64,000 bases of DNA, from positions 558,001 through 622,000 of the forward strand of contig JBLDXI010000036.1 of assembly GCA_047495785.1 (NCBI GenBank), read 5' to 3'. This document shows, piece by piece, positions 37,235 through 49,192 of this stretch. The notes under the pieces are model-generated. The model was not told where the DNA came from. It made no database searches and saw nothing but the letters and a program-made list of their open reading frames with translations. The translations under genes were made by a program, and so were the position numbers. Numbering within the stretch: the stretch's first letter is position 1; each line of letters opens with the position of its first letter. The DNA comes from Lepidodermella squamata. Taxonomy: Eukaryota > Animalia > Gastrotricha.

Positions 37235-37987
37235 TCAAATTCCGAATTGAATAGACAAATTCAGAAGAGCTGCTGCAATGAATGACCCTGAGACATGGGA
37301 CGAAGAAGATGTTGCAGCTCGATCTGATGGTGCAGCAGATGCTTTCACAGAAGTTGTCGTTGTCGTTGTAGTTGCCGTTGTAGTGGTGGTTGTAGTTCCG
37401 CAATCTACCTTGTTTGCACGGCTGTCTGCCCGCTCCGCAATATTCGTCCCACAGGTAATACTGCCCAGCGTGCTACAACCCCACACGTAAGTTGAGGCAG
37501 GTCCCCTTGAGGTTACGCTGAAATTCGCAGAAACATCGCCGTAGGCCTTGATGCAAAGCTGTGACTTTGTACAGTCGACATTAATCGTGTTGTCGGACGG
37601 CAAATTTGGCGACATCGAGTCGCCAGTTGATACGTAACTCTTACATTGATGCGTGAACACCGGTAGGTCGTTGCAGCGCTGGTCCATCTGCGCGTCGTTG
37701 CAGTTATACCCACAGCAGAAGCATGTTCGCGAGTAGGCCCTTACAACAGTGCCCCGGCTTCGTTAGTTGCAACTGAGGTTTCGTAAATTCCATCACAATC
37801 TGGCGCGTTTGGCAAGATGCTGACGTCAGTTGCGTTCCAAACGTAGGAAATCGTTGATATTCTCAACCCGAACGATCCTTGAATATCGACTTGAGCGTAG
37901 TTCTTTGAACACAGGAAACCAGTTGACGGGAAAGTAAACACCCGAGCGAAGTGTTGATGTAGACAGCAGACAGCTAATGACTTGCAT
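37235..37987 (-). pseudogene. Cys-rich Ly6/three-finger-like protein with Thr-rich stalk and probable GPI signal; frameshifted and 5'-incomplete
   Basis: CFCCGYNCN motif, two related Cys modules (CKS...LCSKNY and CKS...LCIKAY), poly-Thr, hydrophobic C-terminus; frame change near 37745. Confidence 0.5.
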
Positions 37988-39304
37988 CAGAGAGCGAAGC
38001 GCCGCTAGGGATGGCTGGCAGGGATCATCCCCACCAGTTCAAGAGGTCCGCAAGGTGAGCTCAGTCGACGACCAAAGGGGGGACCCTATGTTGATTTTCC
38101 TTATCCCAACCAGTATTCAGACTTAATATATCTTGATTTTATCTGATAGGCCGCTTTCGCCGATAGCTTCGTGGATTTTGCGATTTGCGATTTCCATCTG
38201 AGTCTCTCTCTCTCTCTCTCTCTCTCTCCTCCAATATCCTCTTTTTATTGTTATTATGTTTCAGTATTTATACTGCGGCACGCAGGCCGCTTATTGGTTG
38301 GTATGCGGGCCAATCGCTGATGCGTGGCTGGCTGACCGTTATCTTGACTGCTGTGTTGTCCGCGTCGGTGAAGCCCTGATCGAGGGTTCCTCCACTGATG
38401 AGGGCTAGGATGACGTGTAGTAGTGCCGATTGAGATCGCCAGTGACCAGGCTACAAACGGGCACGACCTTGTTTTGAATTCTGGGGATATTTATCTACTG
38501 CGGTGGAAGGGACCGGTCGATATGCGGCTAGGATAGCTATGAAGTCCTTCATCGAATTGATTGTTAGCCAAGCTGCCTCAGCTACAGGTGCCTCTTCAAT
38601 CAGTTGGACTGAGAGCCCTAGTGGGTCCATCTTGTGGTTTCGGGGGGTTTTCCCCTTTGGCCATCCGAACTAGGGGGTACGATAACCCTCATCCCCCCGT
38701 ACTTCGCGCCCTGCGGTCCAGGATGGGAAATTATTCTCCTGGGGTTGAACGAGGAACAGGGAAACAAAAAATCTCCCTGCTACTCGTTCTACATAAAATG
38801 TATGACTAATTAATTGTAGTCGCGATCTGCCAATTTCTCATCTTCAACAGAGCCCGGCATGCTGACTACAAATGATTAGTCATACAAAAATGTCTAATAA
38901 ATTGACTGAACGAGATAATCTTCAGCGCTGAAAGTAGGACATTCAATTTGATCCGAACCTGTATTAAAGCCACGCTCGTATAATCTGTCGTATAACTCCC
39001 AAATCGTCATAATCAGATATCACATTATTATATTATATCCCTAAAGCCTGCGTTTTTGTCGCTTGCTGAAATGTCGCACGCCAATGAATTAATAGATTGG
39101 TAGTAATAAAGTAGGTAAGAATGTTTGGACCTTTTTATTGCCGTGGTTTATCTTTTTTAATTAACGTTACGTAGGCCGTTAACAAAAGTTTGAAAATAGC
39201 TATGTAGCAAAAATTTTCACAAAAACTGTAACATCCTCACAATATGAACCTGAAATCGGTTCAAGGTTTCAGCCGTAATTTCTGGAAAATTGGGCCGGTC
39301 TATT

Positions 39305-40510
39305 TCAAGCAGGGGCTACCAGCGAGCGATTAACAAATTTGTAGTATTTCCGCTGAAGCCATTCCATAATCGGTTTTGTCCACCCGGGCTTGATCATGAG
39401 CACGCAATTTCCAACAACCATTTCCAAAATAATACAATACGGCGATACTTTTCCCAATATTGGATCGACCAATTGCAGCCCGAAATCATACCAAAAGTGC
39501 TCCATGACAAACGCGAATAGCGCTGGAATGTGAAATGTGACGTAGATGAAGAAAACGGCCACAGATTGCTGAGCGAAAAACACCTCACGAGCCCGCCATT
39601 CCGCTAGCTTTTCCGCCAGAGATTTCTGCTGCAAGTTCGCAGAAGCATCGCTTTTCTTACTGGGAGCCGATCCACTCGTCATCGAACCTACCATTTGCTT
39701 CTTAGCCCGTCTGATACAATCGTAGATTTTGTAATAGTTCATAGCTAGAAATGAGGCTGGGATGTAAACTGCAGCGGCGTAGTACATCATTAGGATAAAG
39801 CCCGAGTCCAAATTGCCGACCAAACGGAAGTGATACGGTCCGCAGACCCAGGCGACCCGGCCATCAGGGAATGACAATAATTCCCTTCGCCATGACGCAT
39901 GAGGCCACAGACCGATGAAAACAGGGGTGATAATGCAAGCTACAACCATTCCCGCCACCATTCCTAATAGCTTCTTGGTATTTGCTCGGTAGTTAGGGCT
40001 GTTTGATAGGATGCAAAGCCGGCGTTCGTAGGAAATCAGCATTTTCGTGAATGTCCCGAATGCGCCTGTAGCGTAGAGCAGCCAATAAACCCCTTCGCAA
40101 GTCCGGTCGCCCAGATCCCAGGATCCTGTATTAAGGGTCATCAATAGCCCTACAGTGTGATCGCAAGCGAAGAGAATGTTTCGAACTCCATCGATTGCGA
40201 CCAGCATTAGCAGCTCCCGTTTCACCCCGCGTTTGGAGTAGATGTAGCAGCTCAATGCAGTAGTGAAAATCACGATTATCGACGTGATGAGGTACAGCAG
40301 AACCCACGATAGGCGGCTTTCGAAAGTTTCGAGATAGAAGTTGTGGTACCAGCTGATGAATTGCGGCCGTGGTCCGTCGTAGCCAGCATCGGGCAGGTAA
40401 ATGCTGATCCAACCATTTTCCAAAAACTTCACCGGCCTCCCAGTTCGATTCAATGCAGCGCCTCGCTGCACGGATGTCGAGTTTAGAGTAGAGTTCTGAG
40501 TTGAATTCAT
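39305..40510 (-). CDS. Orphan class A GPCR, close paralog of 29599-30804
   Basis: Same length (401 aa), highly similar protein, and conserved upstream region. Confidence 0.85.
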   Translation of the reverse strand: MNSTQNSTLNSTSVQRGAALNRTGRPVKFLENGWISIYLPDAGYDGPRPQFISWYHNFYLETFESRLSWVLLYLITSIIVIFTTALSCYIYSKRGVKRELLMLVAIDGVRNILFACDHTVGLLMTLNTGSWDLGDRTCEGVYWLLYATGAFGTFTKMLISYERRLCILSNSPNYRANTKKLLGMVAGMVVACIITPVFIGLWPHASWRRELLSFPDGRVAWVCGPYHFRLVGNLDSGFILMMYYAAAVYIPASFLAMNYYKIYDCIRRAKKQMVGSMTSGSAPSKKSDASANLQQKSLAEKLAEWRAREVFFAQQSVAVFFIYVTFHIPALFAFVMEHFWYDFGLQLVDPILGKVSPYCIILEMVVGNCVLMIKPGWTKPIMEWLQRKYYKFVNRSLVAPA

Positions 40511-41104
40511 CGCGGTAAATTAAAACCTGACTGAGATGTCTTTGACCTGCTGATCGTCAGGTCTTTCGAGGCCTAATTAGGCATAATGCTTATCTGGTGC
40601 AACGCAAGTGTGTCTGGAGCACTGGCTAACTTGAGCTGAGAAAAATCCATTTGTTGATTAGCTACCTAACCTCAAGAACAGTTTTGGCATTGATTTTACA
40701 AAAACAGCCCTACTCTCACGAAAATTGTCGGAGAAATAAAAAGAAACGGAAACATCTTGCTTTCAGATTGGATAAGGTGAACTCGAATGGTCGACTCAAT
40801 TTCGAAAATGCAGTGTTCATAAAACAAGAACCTGGATTCTTTTGAACTAAAAAATCGAGTCTCACGCCAATCGAAATTTGTCTATTCTCCGCGAGACTTT
40901 GGCGATAACTAATTGATCAGAGGAGTCTCAGGATTAAGGCTGTTTACCCAACCAGTTTGAGAGTCGCTCCTCTGAGCCCTGATAAACGCTGACTCGGGGC
41001 TCGAATATCCTGCTTCATACACCAAAGGTCCATAAAGAAAATCGTTCAGCCTCGAAAATAGTTGCTATATATTTTTTATTTGATATTTTGGTAACATCAC
41101 GGGG

Positions 41105-43125
41105 TCACGAAAAATTGATTCGCCAGCGGCCGAATTTTTTAACAGGCGGATGTTTGAACGTGAAGATTGAATTTTTAGAAAAACTCGCGAGGGCTGACGT
41201 CAGAATGACAATCGGGCAAATGACGGCAATTACCGGTATGAGCTCGGCGCGGAAGCACGTCGACTTCTTGTCGCCACTGCCGCAAACCACGCCGCTGTGA
41301 TGGATAATCTCGAACATGCAAAAGCCGAAGAGAATTGTCGCAACGGCTAGTACAGCACACCAACTTCGCAAATAGCACGAATACTGAAGGCGCATGCGGA
41401 AGTTGTAGAAAATATGGCAATTGTACGACAGCTGGCAGTAGTCGCACGTCAAATACGGCCAGTCTAATCGATCGGTTAGGCTTAGCTTATCCCGCAGTAG
41501 CCGTTCGAAGCATAGGTGGTGAACGAAGCCTTCACATCCGCAAAAATCGGAGTAAACTGGGGCGATTTTGCTTTCGCCGAGGAAGCGGTGCCTACGGCAT
41601 AGACTGCATGTAGGTTCGGTTTTTTCGTAGACTATGTTAAGCCCGACTTCAATGTGCTGAGATACGTTTCGGTGGAATTTAAAGACGCGACGGCGGGCTA
41701 GCAGGGCGCTGAAGAGAACAATCAGCATTACGAACCAGATTAGGCCGAGGAATGCGACTAGACCACTGAAAATAGCTCCTGAATTGCAGTCGTGGCACCA
41801 GGGTATCCAAGAGTGGTGGAAAGCGTGGTATCGGAAGATGAGAGCGACTTGGACTGAGGCAGGTATGAGGATCAGAGTCGTGAGGACAAAGATGATGCAG
41901 AAAATGTGGCGTAGCGCTGAGTTGGATGGCCAGCATCCTTGGAACCAGTTGACGTTTCGCCAGAAAAAGTCACTAAATTAGGAATAATTACGAAAATTTC
42001 TTAGAATTTAGATAAAAAATTCGAAATTATTCCTTATATCACATAAGGAATTACGCTCGTATTTGATTTTAATCTGAAAAAAAACAAAAATCCCCAGTTT
42101 CGAATTTGGAGAGTTGAAAGTTAAAATAAATCCTGTTTTCCATTCAGTTGGTAGCTTTAGATTGGATGCGCATATGATTTCTTACTAAACTGCTGCGACA
42201 AAGACACCGCAACAAGTATCGGCTCAATAGTCAATAGCCAACTATAATTTATAACTATTTCTGGACATTCCTTTCTCTTAAATCTCATGATCGAATTTAG
42301 AGAAAATGTCGCTGTGAGCCAAATACTTATCGGGTGTGAAATGTGATTATCTCATTAAGCTCATTTGTCGGGGATTTTAGCAAAACACGATACCGCAGGG
42401 AATTATCCCCCACTTTCAATGCTCATAGCGCAAATCGATATCATTCATAGTTATTTTCTGAAGGGGAAAATAAAATTCTCTGAAATTCGATGATTCTTGA
42501 AAGTTCAATAATGGGTCTTTTTGGGGTTAAAGTTATCGAAAAACAATTCCACTACAGGAATTATGATATCTGCCTCTCTTGGGTGTCATAGCTTCTAAAT
42601 AAATAAATAAAAAAATAAATAAATCTTGGCCACTGACATTTTATACCCAGTTTCGATTAAAATTCGTGATTGTTTAAATTGACGTTGAAACTCGAATTTG
42701 ACGTTGAAATAGAAATGTCATAAAAATTCATATTTATTTAAGGATAGAAATTTCGCCCAGTAGTATGCAATTTCCACACTATATTGATTTAGTAGACCTT
42801 GATAGTTTGTGGTTGAACTACATTTTTTCCATGCTTAGCAGTGGGTTTACTAAAAAATTCTATAGAGGATTTACCTATTGAAAGGCCGATTGCATTTCGG
42901 GCAGCAAATTCTGTTGTAAATATCAACCGTGAGTTCATCCTTTTGCCGCCGCAGATACTTGTCGAAACACGGAGCATGGACATAACTCTGCGCCGCCGGG
43001 CACAAGCAAACATTGCCGAACAGCGGGACGGTGTGAGTCCTACGGAGAAAAACGAGGAACGACGTCTCATACTGGTAGACGCCGTGGCCACACAGGCGGC
43101 ACCGCGGCTCTGCGGCCTCGGCCAT
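41105..43125 (-). CDS. Tandem double RING-CH membrane E3 ligase (RINGv-TM-TM-RINGv-TM-TM); exons 43125-42875 and 41972-41105
   Basis: Two C4HC3 motifs (CRLC..CLC..HAPC..CPKC and CSLC..CGC..HHLC..CDYC). The AG|GTAA donor and TTTAG|T acceptor join in frame through two TM segments. Confidence 0.75.
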
Positions 43126-43411
43126 TTCGACTGCACCCAGCAGCGCTGTGTGGCCTGTTCTGGCTAGCGCTGAAATCATGACGGCGCAAAATGCTTATAC
43201 TGCAGTGATATCGCAGTATAATAAAAAGTCTATAATGCACGCATACTCAATCACTCACGCGCGAGTGATAACAAGACCGATCGCGCTTCATTTTATTGCA
43301 TACTTGGATATATATATTCGCCATGACCGCCACCACCAATTATCATTATACCAGACACATAAGTGCCGTGTTTGTTTTTCGCCCTCAACAAATTCGATGT
43401 TGCTGCTTTTT

Positions 43412-45035
43412 TTACAAACTGAAGCGATCGGAGAAGAATTTGCGCATTCGGTCCAGGAAATAAGGACGGCCTCCGTTCGATTTCTTTGATTCAACAGCCT
43501 TGTTTTTGGTTGATGATGGCTTTTGATTAGATTTGCCAGAATTAGGTCGGGTCACCTTGGACATTCGCGAGTTTGTCTTTTTCGCTTGTTTGACGGTCTT
43601 CTGAGGCTGTTTAGCTCTACCTACATTTTTCTTGCCATTTTTACCCCCTTGTAAAACTGGTTTCACGGCTTTTTTCGGGTATTTGCTAGCCTCTTTCTTA
43701 GGCTTTGAAAGTTTTGTAGGGGTTTGCTTCAATTTTCCATTTTTCACCGGTTCCGCTTTCGCAGCTTTCTGGGTCTTTGGTTTAACATTAAGGGTTTGCG
43801 TTTTGAGAGGAACCGCGGCTACGGGCTTGACCTGGACTGCCTTGTTAGTTTTCTTCGTAGTCGGGTTATACTTTACGTCGATATGGGGCGGCGTTTTCTC
43901 GAAAGTATACGTATAGCCATCTCCATTCGAATACTGCTCATCCCCATTGCTCAGCCTGCCAATGAATTTAAACTGACTTTTCACGAGTTTTTCCAGTCCA
44001 GGATTTTGCGACAGGCTGTAGTCGATTTTGTACCCGGTTGCGTGGGAATATTCGCCGGATTTATGCCCGACTTCAGTGCCGCCGGTTACAACCAAGGTTC
44101 GGCCGTAGAGCTGGCGTAGATTGATTGCTGATTGAACAACTTCAGGCCGCATACCGTCAAGAGAAGTGCATCGCTTGTTAGTTTTATCATTGCAATTGCC
44201 ACTGCTGCTTAGTTTGATACCTTGAAATCAAAATGGACACTAGATTTTAGTGAGTAGATAGGTCTCTAAGGAAAATTCAAAATTTATCGATTTTCGACAT
44301 TTTAGAAGAAAAATTCTTCGAATTTCCGTTTCCTTTTTCTATTAGCTAAGAGCTAAGAAATGAAGTTTTTAGGATTTTAGATAACGAGAGGATTTGTCTA
44401 TTTTTTCACGATTTTCTATGTTTTTTTCTAAATTTACTAAAATATCAGACAAAAAAAGCAAATTAATCTTATAATTTCCGTTGTTCTTCAAAAAATTATA
44501 ACTTGCCATTTTGTCGAAATATTTCGTAGTTATTTGAATTTCCCTTTGTGGGAGGTTTCGGCGCAGTTTGAGGGCTTGACACTGGCTTCGCTGGGCTTTG
44601 GATAGCGTAAGGCGTTGCAGCCATGCGAGATTGTACTTTCGCCCAGTATTTAACGGTAGATTCTGCTCTACAACCTCGCGGGCCTCCGTTGTGGATCCTC
44701 GCGAAATCCTGACAAGTCGGCTGGCGATCACTACCAACACACCGCTGTGCGTATCGTTTCATGTAGTTCTGCACGCATCGCTCGCTGCACTGCATTGAAG
44801 CGGCGCATTTCTTCCAGTCTGGATCGACCCCACCGCCGGGCAGACAGTCTTTATGGTAGTCTTCCTTGATTTGATACGGCCCGCATGACAGCGAATTGAC
44901 ATCATATTTACAACCGGTTTGAGCCGCGTTGCAGCCGCTTTCTTGAAGGCAGATGGCCTTCAGGCAAGAGCCATCAACATCGGCATTTGCTATGGCTAAA
45001 ATAGCTGATATAATTATTGCTAAATTCGAGACCAT
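43412..45035 (-). CDS. Secreted i-type lysozyme fused to an M15/Hedgehog-like zinc peptidase domain and a Lys-rich tail (exons 45035-44507, 44220-43412; 445 aa)
   Basis: Signal peptide; destabilase motifs CLKAICLQESGC, SCGPYQI, CQDFARIHNGGPRGC; GC-AG intron in phase 1; then SSSGNC..RCTSL, TGGTEVGH, SHATGYKID, HIDV. Confidence 0.78.
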
Positions 45036-45317
45036 GTTGATATGGGAAAATAATATTGTAAATTCTGCGGGCAATTTTTCAAAGGGGCGTGACTGAAAGC
45101 GTGGGTGTTTAGCCATATTTTTTTCCTTCCCACGAATTTTAACAGCTACATATACAACTTTATCACGGCACCTGAAGTCTCTCAGCTTACAAAAAGAAGA
45201 ATAATCATGAAAATAACGCATTTACAAACATCCTTTTTTATTTGATAAAAACGGTACTTGTGCTATATTTCAATGCTAATATTTGTGAATCTGTCAAGTG
45301 AAAGTGGGTATTTATAT

Positions 45318-45887
45318 TTATAATTGAGATACTAATATGGAAGCTTTTGCTGTAGCAGATTCGAAATTTCGTCTATCCAGCTTTTTCACGTCTTTATGAA
45401 GAGCTAAAATAGGAAGGTTGCCACATAGTCCTGGTAAAAAGGCGCAATTCGCAAAAAATGTGAAAGCGCATTGAAATACAATGATAATCAAGGAAAAAAT
45501 GCAGAGAAATAGCTCAGGTGATATGGGGAAAAAGTTGCCCGAACTTGACACACAGCAATATGAGTACAGCGTATAAACTGAAGGAGCGAGGATGATATTA
45601 GCGATCAGCAACAGTAAAGCCGATTTTGAATGAAAAAAACGAACAGGTAAAGTGTGAAAAATCTTGCATTTAAACGGCTGGTCACACTCTCCACAAACTG
45701 GCGGCAAATTAGATGGGTTTGATCGAATAAAATTCTCGAAGCAAATTCGATGAATATAACAGGCTTCGCATGAACAAATGCTTTCGTATAATTCACCAGT
45801 ATTAGTAGCTAAATTGCTGCCAGGTCTCATGAAAGTTTGATTCGGACCCAACTTGCAAAATCGGCAAACAGGCTCTAAAAGGGCCAT
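45318..45887 (-). CDS. Small RING-CH (MARCH-like) protein with two TM helices
   Basis: CRFC..CSC..IHRIC..CGEC C4HC3 motif followed by 2 TM; start inferred from the paralog (MALLEP). Confidence 0.8.
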   Translation of the reverse strand: MALLEPVCRFCKLGPNQTFMRPGSNLATNTGELYESICSCEACYIHRICFENFIRSNPSNLPPVCGECDQPFKCKIFHTLPVRFFHSKSALLLLIANIILAPSVYTLYSYCCVSSSGNFFPISPELFLCIFSLIIIVFQCAFTFFANCAFLPGLCGNLPILALHKDVKKLDRRNFESATAKASILVSQL

Positions 45888-46213
45888 TTGAAATAAGCTG
45901 AAAGATTGAAATTCTGTGCGGATCAGCCATCGTGCCACATTTATAGGCATGAGGTAATGCGAAAATCAATAAGCGGAACCTCGCGTAGTGTGCGTCTAGA
46001 CCGTACAAAATCAAAACATGCGAGTGACCTCACGCAATGAATCATCGGATTACGCACTTGCGCACCTGAAGTCTTACAAAAAATGACAGATAATCATGAA
46101 AATAACTTAGAGGAATTACTCCTTTACAAACATCCCTTTTTATTTGATAAAAACTTTATATGTGCTATATATTAAAGCTAATTTTTGAAAATCAGTCAAT
46201 TGAAAGTGGGTGT

Positions 46214-46771
46214 TTATTGTCGAGAGATATATTTGGAAGCTTGCGCCGTAGCAGAATCAAAATTTTGCCTATCGACTGTTTTCACATCTTCATGAAGATT
46301 CAAAATTGGAAGTTTTCGATATAAATTCGGTACAAATATTATGTTGGCGAATAATGTCAAAGCAAATTGAACTATAATGACGATGAATGCTAAAGCGCAG
46401 GGCACAAGTTGATGCCATGATGCCACACAGCAGAAATAGAACGACGTAACTACTAAAGGAAGGAGCAGGAAATTAGCAAACAGCAAGATTCGTGCCGATT
46501 TTGAATTCAGTAACCGAGCTATAACATTGCGGAGAATCTTGCATTTGAATGGCGTATTGCAGTCTCCACATATCGGAGGCAAGTTACCGCGATCTGATGC
46601 GTTTGATCGTATAAAATTCTCAAAGCAATCTCGATGAATGTAATTGGCTTCGCATGAACATATGTTTTTATATAATTCACCAGTATTACTAGCTATGTTG
46701 CTGCCAGGTCTCATGAAAGTTTGATTAGGACCCAACTTGCAAAATCGGCAAACAGGCTCTAGTAGGGCCAT
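46214..46771 (-). CDS. Small RING-CH (MARCH-like) protein, tandem paralog
   Basis: Same architecture; ~890-bp tandem unit including flanks. Confidence 0.8.
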   Translation of the reverse strand: MALLEPVCRFCKLGPNQTFMRPGSNIASNTGELYKNICSCEANYIHRDCFENFIRSNASDRGNLPPICGDCNTPFKCKILRNVIARLLNSKSARILLFANFLLLPLVVTSFYFCCVASWHQLVPCALAFIVIIVQFALTLFANIIFVPNLYRKLPILNLHEDVKTVDRQNFDSATAQASKYISRQ

Positions 46772-47131
46772 TTGAAATAAGATACAAGATTGAAATTATG
46801 TGCGGATCAGCCATCGTGCCACATTTATAGGCATGAAGTAATGCGAAAATCGATAAGCGGAACCTAGCGTAGTGTGCGCCAAGACCGTACATAATCAAAA
46901 CAGACTATGCGAGTGACCTCACGCGATGAATCATCGGAATGCGTCTTACGCACTCTCGCGTGAAAAAATTGTCAAGTATGCTTTCAGCAATCAGCCAGCA
47001 ATTAAAGCGATGAATTTTAATAATTTATTATATCAAGGCCAATCAAGGCCGCGTGAATTTGTCCTCGGGCTCAATTGCTGGTTCATTTGCGAGACATACA
47101 ACGGATTTTTCTTACTAAATTGTCTTGAAAC

Positions 47132-48207
47132 ATGGCGACAGTTTTAACAAGAAATCTTGTACCGATCCAGCCAGTTTCGCAACGGGGCAAAAAGTCACCC
47201 GAAAGTTACTTGGAAGAAGGTAGGCCAAGACATTCCTTGATCATTTTTGGGTCACTTGCATCAATTTTAGCCCGCCAAGTTGTTGCTTTGCTGTACAGCG
47301 CTTCTCGGGGCGATGTAAATGCCCTGCGAGATCTCAAATCAAAAGGCTACAACATGGGGAAAGCTGACTATGACGGCCGGACTTCACTACACGTGAGTGC
47401 GGCAGAGGGGCATATTGAGGTCGTGCGGTACCTGGTTGACGAGTGCCATTTGAATCCGTTCCCGCGGGACCGTTGGAATTTTACGCCTCTGGACGATGCA
47501 GAGAAATTCGAACGGGCTGAGGTTGTGGAATTTTTGAAACTTCGAGCTGCTCATGGATCAGTCGAAGAAACAAACGAAGGTAACTTATATTGTGTAATCT
47601 TAACACTGCAAATTATTAATTTTTTAAATAGCCGAAATAATTAAAAAATTCAAGAAATTACTCAATAGCTCAATTTTTGAACCAAATTTTAATTTCATAA
47701 TTTATTCATAAAATTTCTTAATTTAAGCAAATAATTCTAGCCTTATGATTTTTCGTTTTTTCAGATACTAAAGTAGTAGCTGTACTGTTTGCTGCCTCGA
47801 AAGGTGACACAACAGCTTTGAAACAATTTATTGGCAAAGGCTACGACATAACGAAAGCAGACTATGATGGGCGAACAGCTCTTCACCTGGCAGCTGCCGA
47901 GGGCCATTTGGATACCGTGAAGTTCCTAATTGAAGAGTGTCGCGTTGAAAGGACTCTAAAGGATCGATGGGGGTTCACAGCTTTGGATGATTCGGTAAAA
48001 TTTGGCCGTCGTGACGTGGCTGCGTATCTTCATGGGAAAGAGCCAATGGCTAAGCTGAGTTCGTCCCATCCCCCAGAAGGCGAGATTAGTATGGAAATAA
48101 TCGAGAAAGTAATTCCGATTGAAGCTGAGCCGGTTGAAATTGAAGCTACGACTGAATCACCCGCAATCGCCGAAGAGCCTCAGAGCGAGAAATTAGCTGA
48201 TGAATGA
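47132..48207 (+). CDS. Stand-alone protein made of two glutaminase-type ankyrin modules (exons 47132-47219, 47271-47579, 47765-48207)
   Basis: Two copies of ADYDGRT(S/A)LH.AAAEGH...DRW.FT.LDD, the GLS C-terminal ankyrin signature; phase-1 GT-AG introns; acidic tail. Confidence 0.75.
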
Positions 48208-48439
48208 GGAAACACGTTCAACGTCAGCTAGATCCTGAGACATCACAGACTCCTTATTCTATGACATTAGTCTTACAATAGGCTAGGGAATTATGCCTTC
48301 ACTAAATTAATCTCAGCTGTAAATGTGTGAGTTATGAGAAAATTTGTCCTTAACTTGTTAACATATAATTTTGTTGAATCTGACTGGGCTTCAAAATAAA
48401 GGATTCGAATTAAAATCATCTACCGCTTTCGACCAGAAG

Positions 48440-48594
48440 CAGTGCGCGAAGTAGGATCCTCGAACTAGGGGGTATTTTCGGGTCCAAATTTATGACCTAA
48501 GGGTCCCCCCTGTGTTTTTTTGGGGGTTTTTTCGCTTTGGCCTTGTGAACTGGGGGGTACGATACCCCTCATTCCCCCCGTACTTCGCGCACTG
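48440..48594. mobile_element. hAT-type MITE (155 bp)
   Basis: TIR CAGTGCGCGAAGTA; perfect TSD ACCAGAAG; related right end at ~38620-38713. Confidence 0.9.
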
Positions 48595-48922
48595 ACCAGA
48601 AGCATATTGAACGTCTGAGGTTGGGAGATAAGAAAGGAACGGACTTCTGATTTGCCGGATAGGATTCTTCCTATTGTCATGCTAGTTTGCGAGAATTTTC
48701 CGGAGGAGTTTTTTGACCGTCTTTGTCACGTTATTCATTTGTTGAATCAGTTGCTATCAATGCGGCAAATTACATTGTGCTTCTGACGTCAGACGCGATC
48801 ACACACGTGCCTATTTGCTCAGCAGGCCAGTAGCTGCTATCGAGCAGAAAACGCAGGGATAGCTCATTATCTTTTTTTCAATTACAACAATTTCAAGAAT
48901 TGTTTCAACTTCTCAGAATTTA

Positions 48923-49192
48923 ATGGCGAAACTCACAATTTTATTCTTTGTTTTGGTAATACTTCATTTCCCTCAAGTTGTAATAGTTCAGTCTAAGCAA
49001 TTTTCCCCACAGGTTATCGTTGCTGTGAGTGTTGTGGCGGCGTATGATTATAGCATAAGAGTTGGAGATCCATGTGAAGTTGACAATCGCAAGGGCCGTT
49101 ACGAGCGACATTTCATGACTGGAAGGTGGATGTGTCTCCTTGGTTCTGGACGAGAGGAAGCAGCGCGCGAAATCATGCACTTCACAGCCTGA
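48923..49192 (+). CDS. Small secreted two-Cys peptide precursor (probable intron 48956-49012; 70 aa)
   Basis: Removing the 57-nt GT-AG intron gives the signal peptide MAKLTILFFVLVIVAVSVVAA; mature part YDYSIRVGDPC...WMCLLGSGR. Confidence 0.6.
   Translation: MAKLTILFFVLVILHFPQVVIVQSKQFSPQVIVAVSVVAAYDYSIRVGDPCEVDNRKGRYERHFMTGRWMCLLGSGREEAAREIMHFTA

Noticed and set aside
37988-38713. Candidate hAT element truncating the Ly6-like gene
   Set aside because: Termini are only partly complementary and the 8-bp flanks do not match.
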